A stretch of 64,000 bases of DNA from Candidatus Micrarchaeia archaeon. GTDB taxonomy: Archaea; Micrarchaeota; Micrarchaeia; Anstonellales; Anstonellaceae. Below are positions 62,132 through 64,000 of this stretch, in pieces (the first letter of the stretch is position 1; every line of letters starts with the position of its first letter). The stretch lies in contig JBAZYD010000007.1 of assembly GCA_041659465.1 (NCBI GenBank), positions 5,670 to 69,669 on the forward strand. Reading direction: 5' to 3'. The position numbers and the translations under genes are program-made. Below the pieces are notes generated by a model. That model ran no database searches. It was not told where the DNA came from and was given only the letters and a program-made list of their open reading frames with translations.

Positions 62132-63196
62132 CTAGCGCGCATGCCCGCTTATCTGGCGCAGCGTAAGCTCGGCGCAATCCTTGCCCGAGTAGTGCGCGCC
62201 GTACCATTCGAATGTCATCTCAAGCGCTTGTTTTATCCGAATCTTCTGCTCCCAGCCGAGCGAGGATATCGCCTTGCCTGCGTCCAGGCTCAGTATCTTT
62301 GTCTCTGGCTTGGAGGCGTCGGGCACGACATCGTAGCTTGCCTTGCCGATGATGGAGTCTGCAATGGAGAGGATTTGCCTCACGCTCACCATGTCCTTTG
62401 CCTGCGGGGCAAAGTTCCACGCGCCAGCGAACTCGGATTTTCCCTCGTAAAGCCCCTTGGAAAGGAGGAGATAGCCCGTGAGGGGGTCGAGCACATGCTG
62501 CCAGGGGCGAACCGCATCCGGGTTGCGGATGGTGAGCTTGCCTGCCTTGCCAAACCTGCTCCTGACAATGTCAGGCACCAGCCGGTCTTCCGACCAGTCG
62601 CCCCCGCCCACTACGTTCCCTGCGCGCGCAGAGGCAAAAAGCTGTCCGCGCTTTCCCGCGCCTTGGAAGAATGATTTCCTGTACGAGTGTATGGCAAGCT
62701 CGCAGCATGCCTTGGATGCGCTGTAGGGGTCGTCCCCGCCAAGCTCGTCGCCTTCCATGTGAGGCTTTGCGCCGCTAGAGGGCTTGTACACCTTGTCGGT
62801 TGTCACAAGCACTGCCGACTTCACGCCATTTTGCTGCCGCATGCATTCCAGCACATTCACCGTGCCCATGAGGTTGGCATCAAACGTGTAGCGGGGCTCG
62901 CTGTAGCTTTGGCGCACAAGCGGCTGCGCGGCAAGGTGGAAAACAATCTCGGGCCTGTGCTCGCGGAATGCGGACAGGAGGGAGTCAAGGTCGCGGATGT
63001 CTGAAAAGCGAGTGGCCATCTTCTTGTCCAGCCCTGTTTCGGAAAACATGTTGGGCTTTGTGTCAGGCCACAGCGAGTAGCCAAGCACGTCCGCGCCCAT
63101 GCCAAGAAGCATGTGGGAAAGCCAGCTGCCCTTGAAGCCCGTGTTGCCAGTCACCAGCACGCGCTTTCCCTTGAAAAAACCGCCCAAGCTTGCCAT
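62132..63196 (-). CDS. rfbG: CDP-glucose 4,6-dehydratase
   Basis: FFKGKRVLVTGNTGFKGSWLS is characteristic of RfbG; also YSASKACCE. Start at MASLGG. Confidence 0.85.
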   Translation of the reverse strand: MASLGGFFKGKRVLVTGNTGFKGSWLSHMLLGMGADVLGYSLWPDTKPNMFSETGLDKKMATRFSDIRDLDSLLSAFREHRPEIVFHLAAQPLVRQSYSEPRYTFDANLMGTVNVLECMRQQNGVKSAVLVTTDKVYKPSSGAKPHMEGDELGGDDPYSASKACCELAIHSYRKSFFQGAGKRGQLFASARAGNVVGGGDWSEDRLVPDIVRSRFGKAGKLTIRNPDAVRPWQHVLDPLTGYLLLSKGLYEGKSEFAGAWNFAPQAKDMVSVRQILSIADSIIGKASYDVVPDASKPETKILSLDAGKAISSLGWEQKIRIKQALEMTFEWYGAHYSGKDCAELTLRQISGHAR

Positions 63197-63198
63197 AA

Positions 63199-63987
63199 TC
63201 AAACCTTCCAGAATGCCTTGCCGGCCGACCAAAGGGAGTTGAGCTCCACAAAGTCGGCATAGGAGTCCATTGCGCAAAACTCGCCAGGGTGGCAATACGC
63301 GCTTATTTTCCCGTCAGCCGTGATTTTCGGGTAGATGTCCCTCTCCAGCATGTCGCCTTCCTTCACATTGGACAGGTAAGCGAAAAGCTCGGGCTCCAAT
63401 ACCATGTAGCCTATGTTTATCCATTCATGCACCACTGGCTTTTCCATGAAGCGCAGCACCTTGCCGCCACCGTCGATGTCCACCACGCCGAACTTGGAGC
63501 GCGGCTGCACTGCGCTTATGGTCACCACGGTATTGTGCTTTTTCCTGGAGGCCTCGTGCGTGGAAAGAAGCCTGGCAAGGTCGATGTCCGCAAGCCCGTC
63601 GCCGTACGTAAGTATGAAGCGGCGGCTGCCAATCTCATGCTCCACTTTTTTCACGCGCGCCGCAATGCCTGTCTTTTCGCCTGTGTCGATGAGGTGCACC
63701 GTGCAGCCCAGCTTGCCCTTGCGCTCGCCCTTTATTTCAAGGTCGGATACCGAGATTTTCCCGCTCCCCGAATAGCCCTTGTGCAGGAAATAGCGCTCCA
63801 CCTCCTCGTGCAAGTAGCCTGTGAGTATGTAGAATTCCCGGAAGCCCGCCTTCATAAACCACTTCATGATGTGCCAGATGATAGGCTCGTCTCCGATTTT
63901 CACCATGGGCTTGGGGGTGACGCCCGTAAGCTCGCCCAATCGCGTGCCCCTGCCGCCTGCGAGGATGACCACTGGAACGCCCTGCAT
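63199..63987 (-). CDS. rfbF: Glucose-1-phosphate cytidylyltransferase
   Basis: VVILAGGRGTRLGELTGVTPKPMVKIGDEPIIWHIMK..., WINIGYMVLEPE, FCAMDSY. Confidence 0.9.
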   Translation of the reverse strand: MQGVPVVILAGGRGTRLGELTGVTPKPMVKIGDEPIIWHIMKWFMKAGFREFYILTGYLHEEVERYFLHKGYSGSGKISVSDLEIKGERKGKLGCTVHLIDTGEKTGIAARVKKVEHEIGSRRFILTYGDGLADIDLARLLSTHEASRKKHNTVVTISAVQPRSKFGVVDIDGGGKVLRFMEKPVVHEWINIGYMVLEPELFAYLSNVKEGDMLERDIYPKITADGKISAYCHPGEFCAMDSYADFVELNSLWSAGKAFWKV

Positions 63988-64000
63988 TGCATCATCTCCC

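Overview
High-GC (by eye about 60%) chromosomal segment of an uncultivated-looking archaeon. Archaeal hallmarks are unambiguous: TBP, RpoF/Rpo4, L21e, the DUF655-KsgA neighbourhood, archaeal DnaG, histone, Sm protein, RNase P RNA, ether-lipid genes (MIPS, AIP synthase, DGGGP synthase, HMG-CoA reductase) and archaeal CoA genes (pantoate kinase, GTP-dependent dephospho-CoA kinase). Genes are tightly packed, with overlapping stops and starts. Many genes have an A/T-rich TATA-like box 22-35 nt upstream of the start codon, which suggests leaderless mRNAs. The right third (49-64 kb) is a glycan and sugar-nucleotide cluster. I support five tRNA genes, and all contain introns. Four have introns at non-canonical positions (D-loop, T-loop) or two introns. 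Five low-GC islets (33-48% GC in the 60-nt samples I counted) carry orphan genes. The most interesting region is the left edge (1-6386, minus strand). It holds three translationally coupled paralogous polytopic membrane proteins decorated with very cysteine-rich ectodomains. One of them is a >=1231-aa ORF that runs off the window and is absent from the supplied ORF track. I could not assign this trio to any family I know, and it is my best candidate for an undescribed system. Other notable signals are two separate pairs of tandem hairpin elements with compensatory base changes (upstream of tRNA-Ala, and in the rpoF-DUF655 spacer). There is also a box C/D-like element inside the tRNA-Met intron, an internally duplicated Cys-rich protein, and a low-GC gene with five tandem about 68-aa repeats plus a possible nuclease-like tail. 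All calls come from reading the sequence and recalling families. No searches were run.
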